Shown: positions 14,560-27,978 of the stretch, piece after piece
Layout: each line of letters opens with the position of its first letter
Position numbering within the stretch: position 1 is the first letter of the stretch
Source: Azolla caroliniana
Lineage: Eukaryota > Plantae > Polypodiophyta
Length of the DNA: 64,000 nt
NCBI GenBank assembly: GCA_043228905.1
Contig: JBHGNT010000015.1
Span: 20,026,001 to 20,090,000 of the forward strand
Direction of reading: 5' to 3'
The notes under the pieces: model-generated
What the model was told of the DNA's origin: nothing
Seen by the model: the letters and a program-made list of their open reading frames with translations, nothing else
Database searches by the model: none
Program-made: the position numbers and the translations under genes

Positions 14560-16765
14560 TCAAAGTGATTAGGGAATTATGTTCTTTAACTAACCAAAGT
14601 TTTGAAGACGGTATAAGCAATCAAATTTTTCATGTCTATTAAGGAAGCAATCAAAGCGTGTGTAAGTACCCTCGAGGAAAAATTAGAAATAGTTACATTG
14701 GGAACAAGGTCAAGAACAAAATCAATCAACTAGTCAAAATGCATCATCCATCCCTCCTAGCCACCAACATAGGTAATGGCATTCTCCAAGCATCATGAAT
14801 TGCACTTACAAGTCGAAAATGTTGTCAACATCTTCATTGGGGGGTCGACCCTTGGAATTCTTAGCTTTCTCAACAAAATCGTACACTTGACAAATCTTTA
14901 TGAAAAGACATAAGTGACACTCCATAAAGTAGGCACATCAGTCTTTCCCTTTCAGAAATGCTATCCTTGTCCTTCAAATACCTATATTATTGGTCATTTA
15001 GTGGGTTCTTAACCTCGTAGCAAAGAAATTACTAAAGGTTTCTTTGCATATATTGATGACCAATTTCCCAAGGTACACCAATGTGTTTTCATTCCATGGA
15101 ATGAGATAGTGAAAGACCTCATGAGAGTCAACGGCCGAAGATTCGGGTTAGTTGATTAAGTAGGAAAGTTTTGCTACTTGTTTGATTCCTATAATCAATT
15201 TAGATCTTTACAATCACACAATGATTCATGGATGATGAGAGGAATCACATTGTACTTCATCATGGTAAGTTTGTGAGAAGTTAGATTACATGCTACCCAT
15301 TATAACCACATACTATAACGTATACGGGGCATTGAGGATTCATCCTTTATGTATCCAAGTCAAGGATCCCTACGAGAATATGGATGGCATTTACATGGAG
15401 TAGTTTGCATCCAAGGATATATGTAGTCAATCACATTCATGAAAAGACTACATAATATGCCTTGGTATTAAATGCTAAATTGCGCTAAAATTTTGGTTTC
15501 ATGTGAGTCACAATTGCACAGAATTTGGTAGTAGTCTATGAAATTCTCGATTAGATTTGTGAGCCATGGGCATAATCGAACCTAGTTTATTAAGGTTTAT
15601 AGGTGTTATGCAAGGAAAAAGAATGTATTTTTTAATGTGTTCTAGACATTGAGCTTCCCTTTTACTTGCAATGGCAGGAATACCAATCTTCTTTCTATAT
15701 CACATCAGTCTTATGAGTAGCCTTGCAACAACTTTATAACAATATTATGTAAAGAAAACACGCTGAGCTTTTGACCGATGGATTGTCAAAATATTTAAAG
15801 CTTTTTGAACCTTAAATAAAGTAGTTCTATTAGCATTGTAATGATTTACTTTATAGTAAGACTTTATTGTTCTAGGAAACATAAATAAATGTTTTTTTTG
15901 AGTTGAAGGGTCATTGGGTGGTCATGGTGGCTTGTTTCAAGATTGTTAAATATGGAACATTCCCAACATATTTTGAGATATTCGCATTCATGGGGCCTCC
16001 CAAACGAATCATATTTTTATTTCACAATAAAAAGGGGATATTTTTAGTCGCCAATAAATAGGAGACTTAACACTAATCATATTTTTATAATCTATTAATA
16101 AGTGATTGTTCTTTTTTTAGTGAATGAATTCATTTTAATTATATTTATTTTGCAAAACGAATGGTTTTATAATATTCTTTGGGGCCATTTCTTATTCTCG
16201 ACTATTGCAAATATCACACAAGGAAAATATCACGAATATCATGCATGTGTCAATCTATGATTCTCACGTTATGTATACATATGTGTCCAACACATCAAAA
16301 CAATTTTGGAATGCATTGCAATAAACTCTATACAAACAAACGTTATGTTCATTGATAATTATGGTTGTATCAACTACCTCACTTTTTGAAGGGTAGATAT
16401 TGCTTTAAGTTACCAAGACAATTAACAAATTACAAACATAGAATAGCAATAAAATAATAGATTCAATAATTTGTGAGGTAGGATAATGCTTCTTGTGAGC
16501 TACTTATTTCTACATTATTAGTATGGGGAGCAATAAAATAATAGATTCAATAATTTGTGAAGTAAGATAATGCTTCCTATGAGCTGCATATTTATCCATT
16601 ATTAGTATGGGGAGCAAAACATCATAATTTTAATAAAAGGGGTTGGAAACCATGATGACAATCAACAATGATCCTTTGTGTTGATAATGTACTATGATTT
16701 CTCAATATAAGCTAAGGCTATAATTTTAGCACGTTGTTTATGGACACAATCATCTATGTGACTTT
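14560..16765 (+). mobile_element. Dispersed ~2.2-kb repeat with possible degenerate Ulp1/C48-like coding remnant; inverted copy at 39095-42580
   Basis: Colinear reverse-complement match seen by eye; remnant peptides CVFIPWN...FGLVD...CYLFDSY and P(S/N)QGSLRE(Y)G. Confidence 0.6.
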
Positions 16766-16832
16766 TAAATGTAGTTCTAGTTTATGGTGAAGACAGGTAG
16801 ATATATTGTATCATCTGAAGAAATGCATAAGT

Positions 16833-17290
16833 TATATCTTACACTACAAGGGATAGGCCAACTTGCACCTCGATCATCACACAACTTTAAGCAAAGTCTT
16901 TGGCTTCACACGCGAGAATGACATCCCCAACTTCACATATAATAGAGTAAGATGAGTCCAAGCTCAACAGTGTCTTGCCATTTGGACTATATAAGAACTA
17001 AAGTCATGCATGATTCATTGACGTAAAATAATCTTGACTAGATTATGAGCTCGCAAGATAAGAAGCTCACCCATGACTTCTTCACCAAATGAATATAGCC
17101 ATCATATTACTTCATAATATCTTACACTATAAGGGATAGGCCAGCTTGCACCTCGATCATCACACAACTTTAAGGAAAGTCTTTGGCTTCACATGCGAGA
17201 ACGACATTTCCATCTTCACATATAATAGAGTAAGACGAGTCCTAAGTTCAATCATTAGTGTCTCGCAATGTCTAGACTCTAGACTATATA
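16833..17290. repeat. ~150-bp direct duplication upstream of the orphan gene
   Basis: atatcttacacta.aagggataggcca.cttgcacctcgatcatcacacaactttaag... at ~16833 and ~17117. Confidence 0.85.
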
Positions 17291-17346
17291 GAGAAGTTAA
17301 AAGATAGGTATTACATTGAGCCAAGGTGACTAACCAATGAATATAC

Positions 17347-19495
17347 ATGTTAATTATGAGGACACCTAGTAGTAGTAGCATTACATGGAGCAAGGAAATA
17401 TTAATGGTAGGATGTGCCATCATAACCAGTGTGCTATGGTTGGAGGGGTTGGTACTAGTGGCTGCACAAGCCGAGAACAACTTAGCTCTTTCCGATGCCG
17501 CAAACTTCTTGGATGCCGGCCTCACGGCCCTCGGTCTTCTCACGGCACTCGTCATTACTATCATGAGGGGCCGGCTCGATGCCGAGAATGGAACCCGGGA
17601 CCTCCTCACATTCTTAAGGGGCAACCGTTCAGTTCTATCCACCCGGACACTAGTGCCGAAATCAACATCCATTAGCACACCGGACTCTATTATACCGGGA
17701 TCAACGTGGCACACGTCTTCAGGAATTACCTTGTCAAGCTTGCATTTGGGCAGCCAAGCGCTGGTCATTGTGGAGGAGGCGTCTCTCGTGTGTGCACGCC
17801 AGATGTTCGGCTACTATTCGGGCGTGTCCGGGAAGACGGTGGACATCATCCCGGCTCATTGGTTGCACCGTGCTAGCAAACAAGAGCCATCCAGGTACTT
17901 TGTGCTCACTCAATTTAAACAATCTAGTAAAAGAACACAGATTCAAATAGCTCTTACCCTTTTTTTCTACCAGGTATTCTTGCTAAACTTTCTCACTCAC
18001 AATGTGTTTTTATAACACATTTAACATCTATGCTGCATGTTTGGCCTGACCAGCCCCAACCATTCCAACTACACTATAATTAAAATGCTTGGTCTACTTG
18101 CCCAATGCGTGGATCCACCCGGAATGGGATGTAAATGCTTGGTGTTTCAATCATGTTTGATGGCGTCTTATGAGCAGGTGCAACTGCCCAACTACCCGAT
18201 CCACCGGAATGCGATGCAAATGCTTGGTGTTCAGTCATGTTGATGGTGTCGCCGAGCATCTCTCCAAAGTGGCTGAGGGCGCATGTATCCGGCTTGACAA
18301 TGATCTCGACGCGCTCATCACCCAGTCGTGTTGTTTTTTCAAATGTCACGGATATCCGAAGACATTGTACAACTCGCAGGGAATTATTGCGGATCCGGAG
18401 ATCGCCACAAGTGGTGCATCGCGTGCCCAAACAGACACTCCAGGTGCGATCGCCCTCATCAAATGTGTTTCAGATCTCAATGTGGACGTAGACGGCATGA
18501 GTGGGTTCATATTAGTCGAGGGCGACACTAGCGAGGGCTTAAAATGGTCCGAAACCTTAATACAAGCGAGTGTAACCCGAGACGCCAGTGACCGCGGTAC
18601 TACCAATGCATTCGTTCATAGTTACAAGAGAGCTCTTGAAGGGGTGCCCTCAGAGCTAGAGTCTACACAAACGATGCGCAACTCCCCTATCTGGCTCTCC
18701 CGCCTCGGCTCATTCCTCGTCGCCTCCGTACTCGTCCTACTCTTCCGAACCGACCCATTCTCGAGCATCCTCTTGGCACGCCGGACCATGAGAGCCTACA
18801 TCCTCGACAGCACAGCCACCAAGCTGCCACTCGAATTCTTCGTAAAGCAAGCAAATGTGCAAGGCGTGGAGAGCGAGAGACGAGCTTTTGTCGTGTTCAA
18901 GCGCAAAGACAATTTTGTGCTATGCGAACCGAGGAGAACATTGTTCTGGACGGGCGCATTCCCTGAAACATTGGTTGTGGTCATGTGGCTCGGTGCAGTT
19001 GCCGCAGTTCCATGGTTCCATCCCACAGGTGGTAGTTACCTAGTCGGCGCAACAAACTGGGCTCTCTTATTAGGGTGCAGCTTTGCATTAGTTGCTAGTT
19101 GCATTAATGCATTTGTGTGGTCCGTTCCATTCATCAACAAGCTAGCGAAACAAAATCGGTGGACATTCACGTCGTTGGTAGCAACGGAAAGAAGGACATT
19201 GTGGGGGCTCGTCGCATTGGTATGTGCAATGATGGACATGGCAAGCTTAGCAATAGCTGTGATATGGGTTTGCAAAGTGGACACCATCATCGTCGTTGTG
19301 GGGCGACATTGGCTTACCACCATCTTCCGGTGGTTGTTGCTTCTCGCCGCATTGTTGCAATGGTGGTTGGGTGTGGAGGCGCTTGACATGATTATTTCTT
19401 CATCCACAGGACAAACAACCATGAGGATCATGCCATATGCCCTTACATTCTTCCGATTGCTTGCCCTAGTTGCAGGTGCTGGCAAATGGGCATGA
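17347..19495 (+). CDS. Uncharacterised multi-pass membrane protein, ~620 aa; exons 17347-17894 and 18178-19495
   Basis: Two long, visibly GC-richer ORFs joined in frame by a GT-AG intron (CCATCCAG|gtac...gagcag|GTGC gives PSRCNCP); signal-peptide-like N-terminus and about 7 hydrophobic helices; no family recognised. Confidence 0.72.
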
Positions 19496-19712
19496 CTACT
19501 TGTGCTTGCTCATACTTGTATTTGTTGTACATCATCAATTCTGTTGGAACATGATAATGATGCAATTGCCTCGTATTTGAAAGAAACCGGTTGTACATGC
19601 TCTAAAATTTAAATAATAAATTTATGTTTTTCACATGCTCATGTTTCATGAACTATATATGAGCTACATGTTTTTGTAGGAAAAGAAGGAGATAGATAGA
19701 AAGAAAAGAACA

Positions 19713-19748
19713 CAGAGAGAGAGAGAGAGAGAGGGGGGGGGGGGGGGG
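19713..19748. repeat. (GA)n plus poly-G microsatellite
   Basis: Directly visible. Confidence 0.9.
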
Positions 19749-19983
19749 GAAAGAAGAGAGAGAAAATGAGGGGAAAACACTTAGATTATGATGAAAACCT
19801 CTTAAGGAATTGGAATGGATCATGCTTTATAAAGTGTAATTTTTTGGACATACGGGTAGTTTGGTAAATTTGAAACTTCAAGGGGCATTATGGTAAATAG
19901 ACGAACTTCCAAGGATATCTTGGTACTTTTCCCTAAAAAAAACAAACAAATTGACGTGAAAGAGAGGCAAGGGAAAAATCGAG

Positions 19984-21100
19984 ATGCAAGGAGAGCATCT
20001 CGCTACAATGATGGCTACGACCATGGACAAGATGATGCAAGAAAGGGAGAACACGACCGGCCTAAACCAAGCCATGGAGATGGTCATCAGGACGACGGGT
20101 CGGTTCAATGGAAAGGATGTCTCGCCCTACCTAGAGATGTATAAAGTCGAGATGTTGATGAGGGACATCCTTGAAGCAAAGCAATTGTGTGGCTTTACGA
20201 GAGTGGTGACGTTGAGTCTCCATGGAGAGATACTCGAGATGATTGTGGTGAGCCGCGATTTGGAGGACTTCGAGAGAGGGTCGCTTGAAGAGTATGACCT
20301 AGATGACTCCTTAAGGATGACCAAAAAAGACCTAATGGATTGGATTGAGTTCCTTGGGAATGGGAGAAACACAATAACGATATTCCAAGAATTTGAGAAG
20401 TGTTTCACTCACCTCTCGACGCTCATATGATAGTGCTTGACACAAGTAAAGTCCTATTATTTCTCAATGTGGTGGAATTGCAAGACAGGGAGGAAGTCGA
20501 CTCCCTACTTGAGAACGGAGATGGGCTCTCCATGGCCCAATCCATGGTAAGAAGGTTATGCAACCGCTTCGACAAGTGACATCAATGGTACGATGAAACC
20601 TCCACAAGTGGCAAATGCCTACTAGAAAAGAGACGTACCTTGCCGGAGTCCCTAGATCCCCTGAAAAGAGGATCCTAGATAACTCGGGGCTAGGGCCTAC
20701 AACAAATGTGGTGGAAGGATCAACCATTTAAGATGGTGCAAAACCTCCAGATAGCTGCATGTGGTGTGGCAAGGTCATCTGGAGGTTTTGCACCATTTGG
20801 AGGTTTAAGATGGTGAGAGAAGGTGGTCGTCCACCTCAAGGTCGGTGTCTTGCAACTACGAAAAGCTGCATGTGGTGTGGCAACCCCAACCACCTACGAA
20901 GAGAGTATGAAGACTTCCAAGAGGCCTTACAAAGGAATATAGTCTATTTTGTGGGCAACAGGGTCCACTTGACGGAGACTAGGCGTCCAATGGAATTGAA
21001 CAAAGGTCGGGGAAGAATGAAGACTCGGCTGAGGGAAAAGACCGAAGCACGACACGGTCGAAGCCGTTCGCTACTCGACATCGTCCGGTATATAAGATTT
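19984..21100 (+). mobile_element. Degenerate LTR-retrotransposon (Ty3/gypsy-like) gag remnant
   Basis: GRFNGKDVSPYLEMY gag-like segment; decayed zinc knuckle CMWCGNPNHLRRE; stops and frameshifts. Confidence 0.65.
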
Positions 21101-21651
21101 TGATGGCAAATTTTTATTTTACACTTACTAGCTCTTTTTTTGTGTGGAAGGTTTTGATGTCAGTTTTTGAGTCAAGCTCCAGCCCTAAGTTGGTCGGGCT
21201 CCCGGTGATAGAGGCTAACCGTGAGTCAGAGCCTCCTAGTGGCAAGAGTCTGTCGCCGATCAGCTCTTTTGATGGCGCACTTTTCTATTATGTAGATCGC
21301 TTGCGCCCTCGAGGACGAGTCCTGGAGTGTCCAATCTTTATGATTTGGTAGTAGTTAGAACTTAGAGACGAGCCATGCCATGCCATGCCATGCCATCTCA
21401 TCTCATCTCATGAGATGATGGGTGGGCTACCCCCCATCCTTTTCTATACATACATATGTACATACATATTTATGTACATACATATGTATACATACATATC
21501 TATCTCCCTCCTCTCTCTCTCTCCCCCTCTCCATTCTTATGGACTACTACAACTACTACTAGAAATAGAAAGTCATCATCATCATCATCATCATCATCAT
21601 CCCACAGACACAGTCTTCTTTGCCGACCTCTCTCCATCATTGTCTACATCC

Positions 21652-21792
21652 ATGGTACCTCTCTCTCTTTCTCATACAGGTTTTGGCATTCTCTTCCGGT
21701 TTCTCGCTCTTTACTTACTTCTCGTGACTGTTTTCTTTGGGTTCTCTTTCCCTCTTCCCCTGTATCCTGCATGTTTTTTTTGTTTTGTTTAG

Positions 21793-21832
<40 letters not shown>

Positions 21833-24800
21833 TCTCATTGCGTATGTAATTTGTTAAGAGTATCTCTCCCCTCCCCCAACCCTCTCTTTATGCGAACTGT
21901 TTATGGCATTTTCTTACAGTTTTGAAGCTATACGATGCAATTAAATGCTGTAATGGTTTTTAAATAACAAGTTGCTGCACAATCCATGGTAACTATGGGT
22001 AAAAGGCATTTTTTGCTCCGAGCTTTGTTAGATCCTTTGCTGAAGAAAGAAACAAAGGAAGTTTCATACAGAGGATTGATTGCCTGAATTTCGTAATTCT
22101 TTCATTTGAATTCGCAATTCTTTTTTCTGTATTTGTCAATACTTTCCCGTTTATCCTCTTCCGTCAATGGGGCCATCCTTCTGCTTATGTTTTCACAAAA
22201 ATTCGTGCAAAACATTTCATATGAAATATTGCAGAAATCTAAGAGTAGAATCATTACTAGCATATATTTCCGCTCAGGATTTTACAGTTTCGTGCATATA
22301 TTTTTGATATAAAATGTATGTAAAAGAGAATAATAAAATGATAGAATTTGTGCCTCTATATAAGCTGCAAATCCACCCAAAATTGGGGTTTACACATAGT
22401 AATTGAATGAAGTATTCTCTCCAGGTCTGAAACATAGGTGAACACATACTCTTCTCACCATACTAACTCATCTCAACCTTGAGCTTGAGCAATTGGATGT
22501 CAAACCAGCCAGCTTTCTTGCAAGATGAACTTGAAGAGATCATTTATATGAAAGCAACCTGAAGGGCATGAAGCTCATAGTAAAGAATATCATATTTGTT
22601 TATTTCCAAGACAGTGTATGTTTACATGTGAATTGCTTGTAAGGACATGCTAGAGATCAACAATTTAAAAGCTCGTAGGTGGGTCTTTTGTGCTTGGGAA
22701 TGGCAACTTGAGGAGTCAATGTGATAGTTGTGCATATTACAAGAAGCTCATGGGTGGGTCCTTCATTTACTTGCCCTTGCATGTTGTTGACATGTTGATT
22801 GCTTGTAAGAACATGCTAGAGATCAACAATTTAAAATCTCAGTTGAATGCGGAGGTTGAGATGAAAGATTTGGGCATTCCAAAGACAATTTTGGGAATGG
22901 AGATTCTTAAAGATAGAAAATCTGTTACTTTTTTCTATAACAGAAAAAATACAACGTAAAGGTGTTAGAGCGATTTAGTATGCAAAGCTCAAAACCTGTT
23001 AGCACTCCATTGGCAGCACATTTCAAAATTTCAGTGGCGTTGTCATCACAAGCTGAGGAGGAGGTGGAGCAAATGTCCCATGTTCTTTATGCCAGTGCTG
23101 TTGGGAGCCTCAGGCATGCCATGGTGTGCTAAGATTGATATTGTGCACGCTGTGAGTGGATACAAAACCCAGGAAAAGTGCATTGGCAAGTGGTAAAATG
23201 GATTTTTCATTATGTGAAGGGTACTACTGATGTTGGCTTGGTTCATGGAAAACATATAGACAGTGGACACTACTATGTGGATTCTTATTATATTGGAGAT
23301 TTAGACAAAAGGTCTTTCACAGGCTGTGTCTTCACTCTGTTCGGTTGTATTATCAGTTGGAAAGCAATGTTGAAATTGGTTGTTGCTTTATGGGCCGCCA
23401 AGGCAGAATACATTGCAGGTATAGAAGCAATGAAAGAAGCTATTTAGCTTTGAGGTTTGGTTGGGGAGTTGGGAAACTGTTGGATAAGATAGTAGTTTAC
23501 CGCAATTCTCAAGTGCCATACATAAAGCTCACTTTTGCTGGCTATGAAGAGCTATAACTCCCATACATTTGCAGCTAGGCCAAACAACCAAGAAGCATAG
23601 TTTCGTTCTTATTACCTCTTTAGTTTCTAGTAAGATAAAGAATCTTTAGTGAGTGTGAGAGAGAGGTATATTAGAAAGAAAGAAAAAAAAGAAAGATATT
23701 AACATATTTTAAGAGGCCAAAATGACCTATAAGATTAAACAAGACATTACATCTTAAAATGTTGTCTCCTCTTTGAGGAAAGTAAACCAAAATAAATATA
23801 ACTAAGTAAAAAAGTAAATAGAAATAGAATTATGAAGTGACTAAAGAATCTTGTCATCTATGCATGGAAGATTCTCAAGTCAGATATATTGTACTTCTCA
23901 TCTTCAAAAGATCTCTAGAATAGGTTGATCCAGAATGGAGAGGTCTCTGAAGCAAGGGAAGCAACTGTGACAATGGGAGATAATAGTCTTTATTTGTCGA
24001 TGACAAGGGTGGTGAGTTATCTTAGGGTGTACATGGTTAGATTTGGGCTGTGATAATGAATTGTGACTCTTCTTTTATCGTAGTGGATTTTTTCTGCTGT
24101 TCTCCTGCAGTGGACGTAGGCCCTATAGCTGAACCACGTTAAATCCTTGTGTCCCTATTTTGTTGATTTTTTTTTTCACTATTAATGCACATTTGTTTTT
24201 TTCTCCGGATTATTAACTTGTTGTTTATCAACATTCTCTTTATTTCCTGTCCATGACTTTTGTTTCACTTGTGTTTTTTCATATTGTAGATATGAATTTC
24301 TAATGTTTACCTTTCACTATTGTCAATAGGGTTAATATTTCATGTTCACATGTAGTTTAAGATTCAGGTAATTTCTGAATTAACAATCAGATTTAGACAT
24401 CATAACTTTTCCTTGTGTTTTGTTTTGGCACTGAAATCATAACGCTTCATTTTAAGCTTGGTAATGGTTATGATTTATAAATTTGTTGGAATGCATTCAT
24501 TAAAAAATGGTTGTGAGATCAGCGTAAGGTTGAAACTTCATCATTATGAATTCATAATGTGTTCCTTCACCTTTTGGTTTAGTTTTTAGATAGGTAGATA
24601 GATGCAATCTGTAATGGTGAAGGATGGATTCCTTAACATTAACACTATGGAATGCTCTCATTATGTACAGACATTTACGATTACATGTCTCCATTGCTTT
24701 CCCACAATGTTACTGTTTAATGAGTTTGATTGGACCAGGATGGAAGAGGCCATGGAGAATCAGGAGAGACAGGCCAGAGTACTGCAGATCTCACAGCCTT

Positions 24801-26103
24801 TGTAAGTTACAAATTGAACAATTTCCTCAGTCAAGCTAATTTTAAGGGTTTGATCTGCAGTTTTTGGTGTCTAGGATTCTGAGTGTGTATTAAAATGAGC
24901 ATGGAAAAATCATTGAAAAACACCCAAGTTTTTTGCTATTTCCCCAGTGAACTGTCTTGAGCAGTTATATGCGTGCATTATGACAGCATAGATTATGATG
25001 CAAAGGTAAACATCATCTACTATGTGGAGTAAAGGAATGCCACGAGTAGAGATGGTGTCGTTTCTCATGAATACTATGTAGCAGGTAAAGCGATGACATA
25101 GTAGGAATGTTGTTGCAACTAGTTAATACTATGTAGTACTCAATAGTAATCCATGTTTCAATGGAGTTATCTTGGTACCTGCACTAGACCGAGAAAATGC
25201 ATGCAACGGCAATATATGAGTATTATAGGGATGTAAGTGGTAGAGGCTAGACTTTTGATAACAATCTAGATATTGTTTGGGTTGGATGTCTATTGTGCCA
25301 TATCCATCAACTCGCATATGATTGGCTTCCGTATTTAATAACATTTGTTGAGTGTTTACTCTAATTTGTTTATTTCATGATTAAAAATTTACTGTTTTCC
25401 ATCAATGGTGGTTAAGATTTTTTGGGGAATCTGTACCCATTTAGAGGAAATGGTTCATAACTGTAGAGAAATGGGACTTGCCGGAAGGCAAGGCTCTGCA
25501 TTAGAACGAGATGTCCAACTATAATAGAAGGATAATATATGTATGGCTTGCAACATCAACTGAAGTTCAAAAAAATAAAATATACACACTGAAATGTAAT
25601 GTTTTGCTATATTCTGCAGGTCCAAAATCTTTTGCAACAAATGGTAATTTGATTCACCTTCACCTTACTATCTTAGGGTGTTTTAACATCATGAATTGTC
25701 TGAACAATATTTTTTGCCGACTTCTGCAGCAATCCAGATTCGAAACAATGTCAGAATCTATCATATCGAAAAATATCCTTGACCTTGCTGATTTCTCTAA
25801 GGTTCTATTGGTAAGATCTTGTTGAGTATAGCAATGATGTGGTCATGTGGTCAATTCATTCCGTTTTTACTCGCTGTGGGGGGTTGACAAGGGTGTTTGA
25901 GGAAATAAAGAAATTTGTGGCTATTTCATAACTTTCCTCTTCCTTTTTATGCTCTCTGCTATTTGCATGCCTTAACATTGTCACTAGATGAAATGGGAAG
26001 CCGAATCGATGATTTAGAAAAGAGCATAGTTGATTTGACCAAAGAGATGGGAATTGAAGTTCCTCCCTCAAGCTCTGGGGGAAACAAGAAAGATCAAGAT
26101 TAA
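21652..26103 (+). CDS. HSBP: Heat shock factor-binding protein, 83 aa; exons 21652-21654, 24739-24801, 25620-25643, 25730-25772, 25985-26103
   Basis: M|DGRGHGESGETGQSTADLTAF|VQNLLQQM|QSRFETMSESIISK(I)|DEMGSRIDDLEKSIVDLTKEMGIEVPPSSSGGNKKDQD* matches the plant HSBP1 pattern; all junctions in phase. The ATG-only first exon is the least certain part. Confidence 0.92.
22440..24200 (+). mobile_element. Ty1/copia RT-RNase H remnant plus LTR-like segment in HSBP intron 1
   Basis: LEQLDVKT, LHVVDMLIA (decayed YVDD), MKDLG...ILGMEI, HWQVVKWIF.YVKGT, ISWKA; copia-LTR-like motif gtggacgtaggc...gaaccacgttaaatc near 24110-24145. Confidence 0.8.
25773..25984 (+). other. U12-type AT-AC intron in HSBP
   Basis: 5' ATATCCTT, branch site CCTTAAC at 25970-25976, 3' CAC; removing it restores the frame (A|TA = Ile). 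Confidence 0.93.
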
Positions 26104-26307
26104 GATAATAAATTAGCCTACTGTTATCAAATTAGACTAATATGCTGAAGTGGTTGTCACCAACTGTATCTGAATTGAACTATCTATGTATGAATTGTTG
26201 ATTCATAATTGTCACATAAAATACAGAGGACTTAACATATACCTGAATGATACATATCTTTATTATCCTGGCAATGCTCAGTGATCTTCAATGTTCTTTT
26301 ATCTAGT

Positions 26308-26672
26308 AACAATTAGTTTCTTTCCACTAACATGCACCAGAGTACTGAAAACCTGTGTGCAGTGGTCTTATTGTTAAGAGAAACAATTAGTTTCTTTCCA
26401 ATATGCACTAGAGTACTGAACTGATAAAGACCAGAGGTAATTGGATCAAAATTGTCAAGGATCTGTGTATAATGATAGTTTGTGCATGCAATGCGTGCTC
26501 ACTTCTAACTTCTGAATCCAACATTGTAATGTAATTTAATAAGTCTATAGATTCAACTATGTGGTCAAGGACCTGTGTGTAAATGATAGTTTGTGCATGC
26601 AACGTATGCTCACTTCTAACTTCCTAATCTGACATTATTTTGTAATATCATAACTCTATAGATTCAACTATG
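26308..26672. repeat. Short tandem duplications downstream of HSBP
   Basis: aacaattagtttctttcca...agagtactgaa x2; gtcaagga.ctgtgt...atgatagtttgtgcatgcaa x2. Confidence 0.75.
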
Positions 26673-27978
26673 TAGCAAGCAAATTAATTAAAAATCACTC
26701 CGTGTAAGCATATTACTTGAATAGGATAATGTTAAAGACACTGATGGATCATTAGGTGAAATGTTGGGTCATGTCAATAGTAATCGTCTACCAAGAGCAT
26801 CCTGGGATAACCCATAACATTGTTTGTTGGATCCTTGGTTTGCAACACCCCTTGAACAATAGCATGATGACTAGACATTGCCCTTATGATGAGATGATGA
26901 ATTAAATGAGAGGCAGCCTTTGGCCAATGACAGTGTTGTAAGTATTTCAGGTTGAGGAAGCCAGCCTTTGGTCAATGCTAGTATTGCAAGCATTTCAGGT
27001 TGAGGAAAACGCATGCTTCAATATGTGCCTGCAAACCAGTGTGGCTAACATACACCCCAACTTTGAGAAAAACAACTCAAGCATATTAATAAATGCTCAT
27101 GCATCTTTGTAGAGTGATTTCCATATACACCAAAAACAAATATTAAACAGCTTGCTAAAAGGAATAAACTAATTTCCTGCTGCCAGATACCTATCTAATA
27201 CAAAAGAACACATTACTATGTTTAAACATAAAAAATACAAGGCATTGATGATAAGAAAATGGATGTAAGTGACTCATCAAGACATGTTGTTCACAATAAC
27301 ATATGCAGCTATTTGCACAAAATGGCATTTTGATTCTGGAGCCTTCTTTTGGCGGTTTTATTAATTAATCATTTGCATCACTCTAGGATTTGACAATCCA
27401 CAGCAACAAAACATTCATAAATTAGTTTTGACACATTTGTCGCAGATTTAGAACTTCTACGAACATGATTGAGAATACACAATGTTACCTTAATGTGATC
27501 ACTGCACAGTGAACAAAGAATGTGCTTCTCTAGTAGCACATCAAGATATTCTGTTTGTTTGAACATGTTTACATAATCTATAATTAAGGAAGAGAGATCA
27601 ACAACAAAGAGAATAAATAATCTTGTCCATACAGAAACATTCTCACGATTTGGGATGAGATCATAAACATTTTCAGGAATATTGGATGAGTAGGATAAAG
27701 ATGGGTTAGGATGATAATGGATTGCGGAGAAATATTTGATCAATGCGTTCTGAGCCCTATTTTAATTTAAGATATGTTTTAGGTTCTTTAGGTATTTTCC
27801 CTATTTTGGTGCCTCTTTTACGTTCTTCACCTCATGGTATAAAAAATTACTTGGCTAAAAATGCATCTTCACTTCCTGATGATATGTCAAAGTAGTTCAA
27901 GCATTAAACTACACATACTTCTTTTTGTATATAACAATCTATCTTTTATATCAACCCCCTTGAAGATTTGGTGAAAAA

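Noticed and set aside
15980-16275. Segment absent from the second repeat copy (possible MITE)
   Set aside because: No TIRs seen; it could equally be a deletion in the other copy.
17160-19485. Antisense ORFs (202, 149 and 116 aa) over the orphan gene
   Set aside because: Expected shadows of a GC-richer coding strand.
21385-21925. ORFs with poly-His/Ser/ER runs
   Set aside because: Microsatellites in the HSBP 5' region and intron 1.
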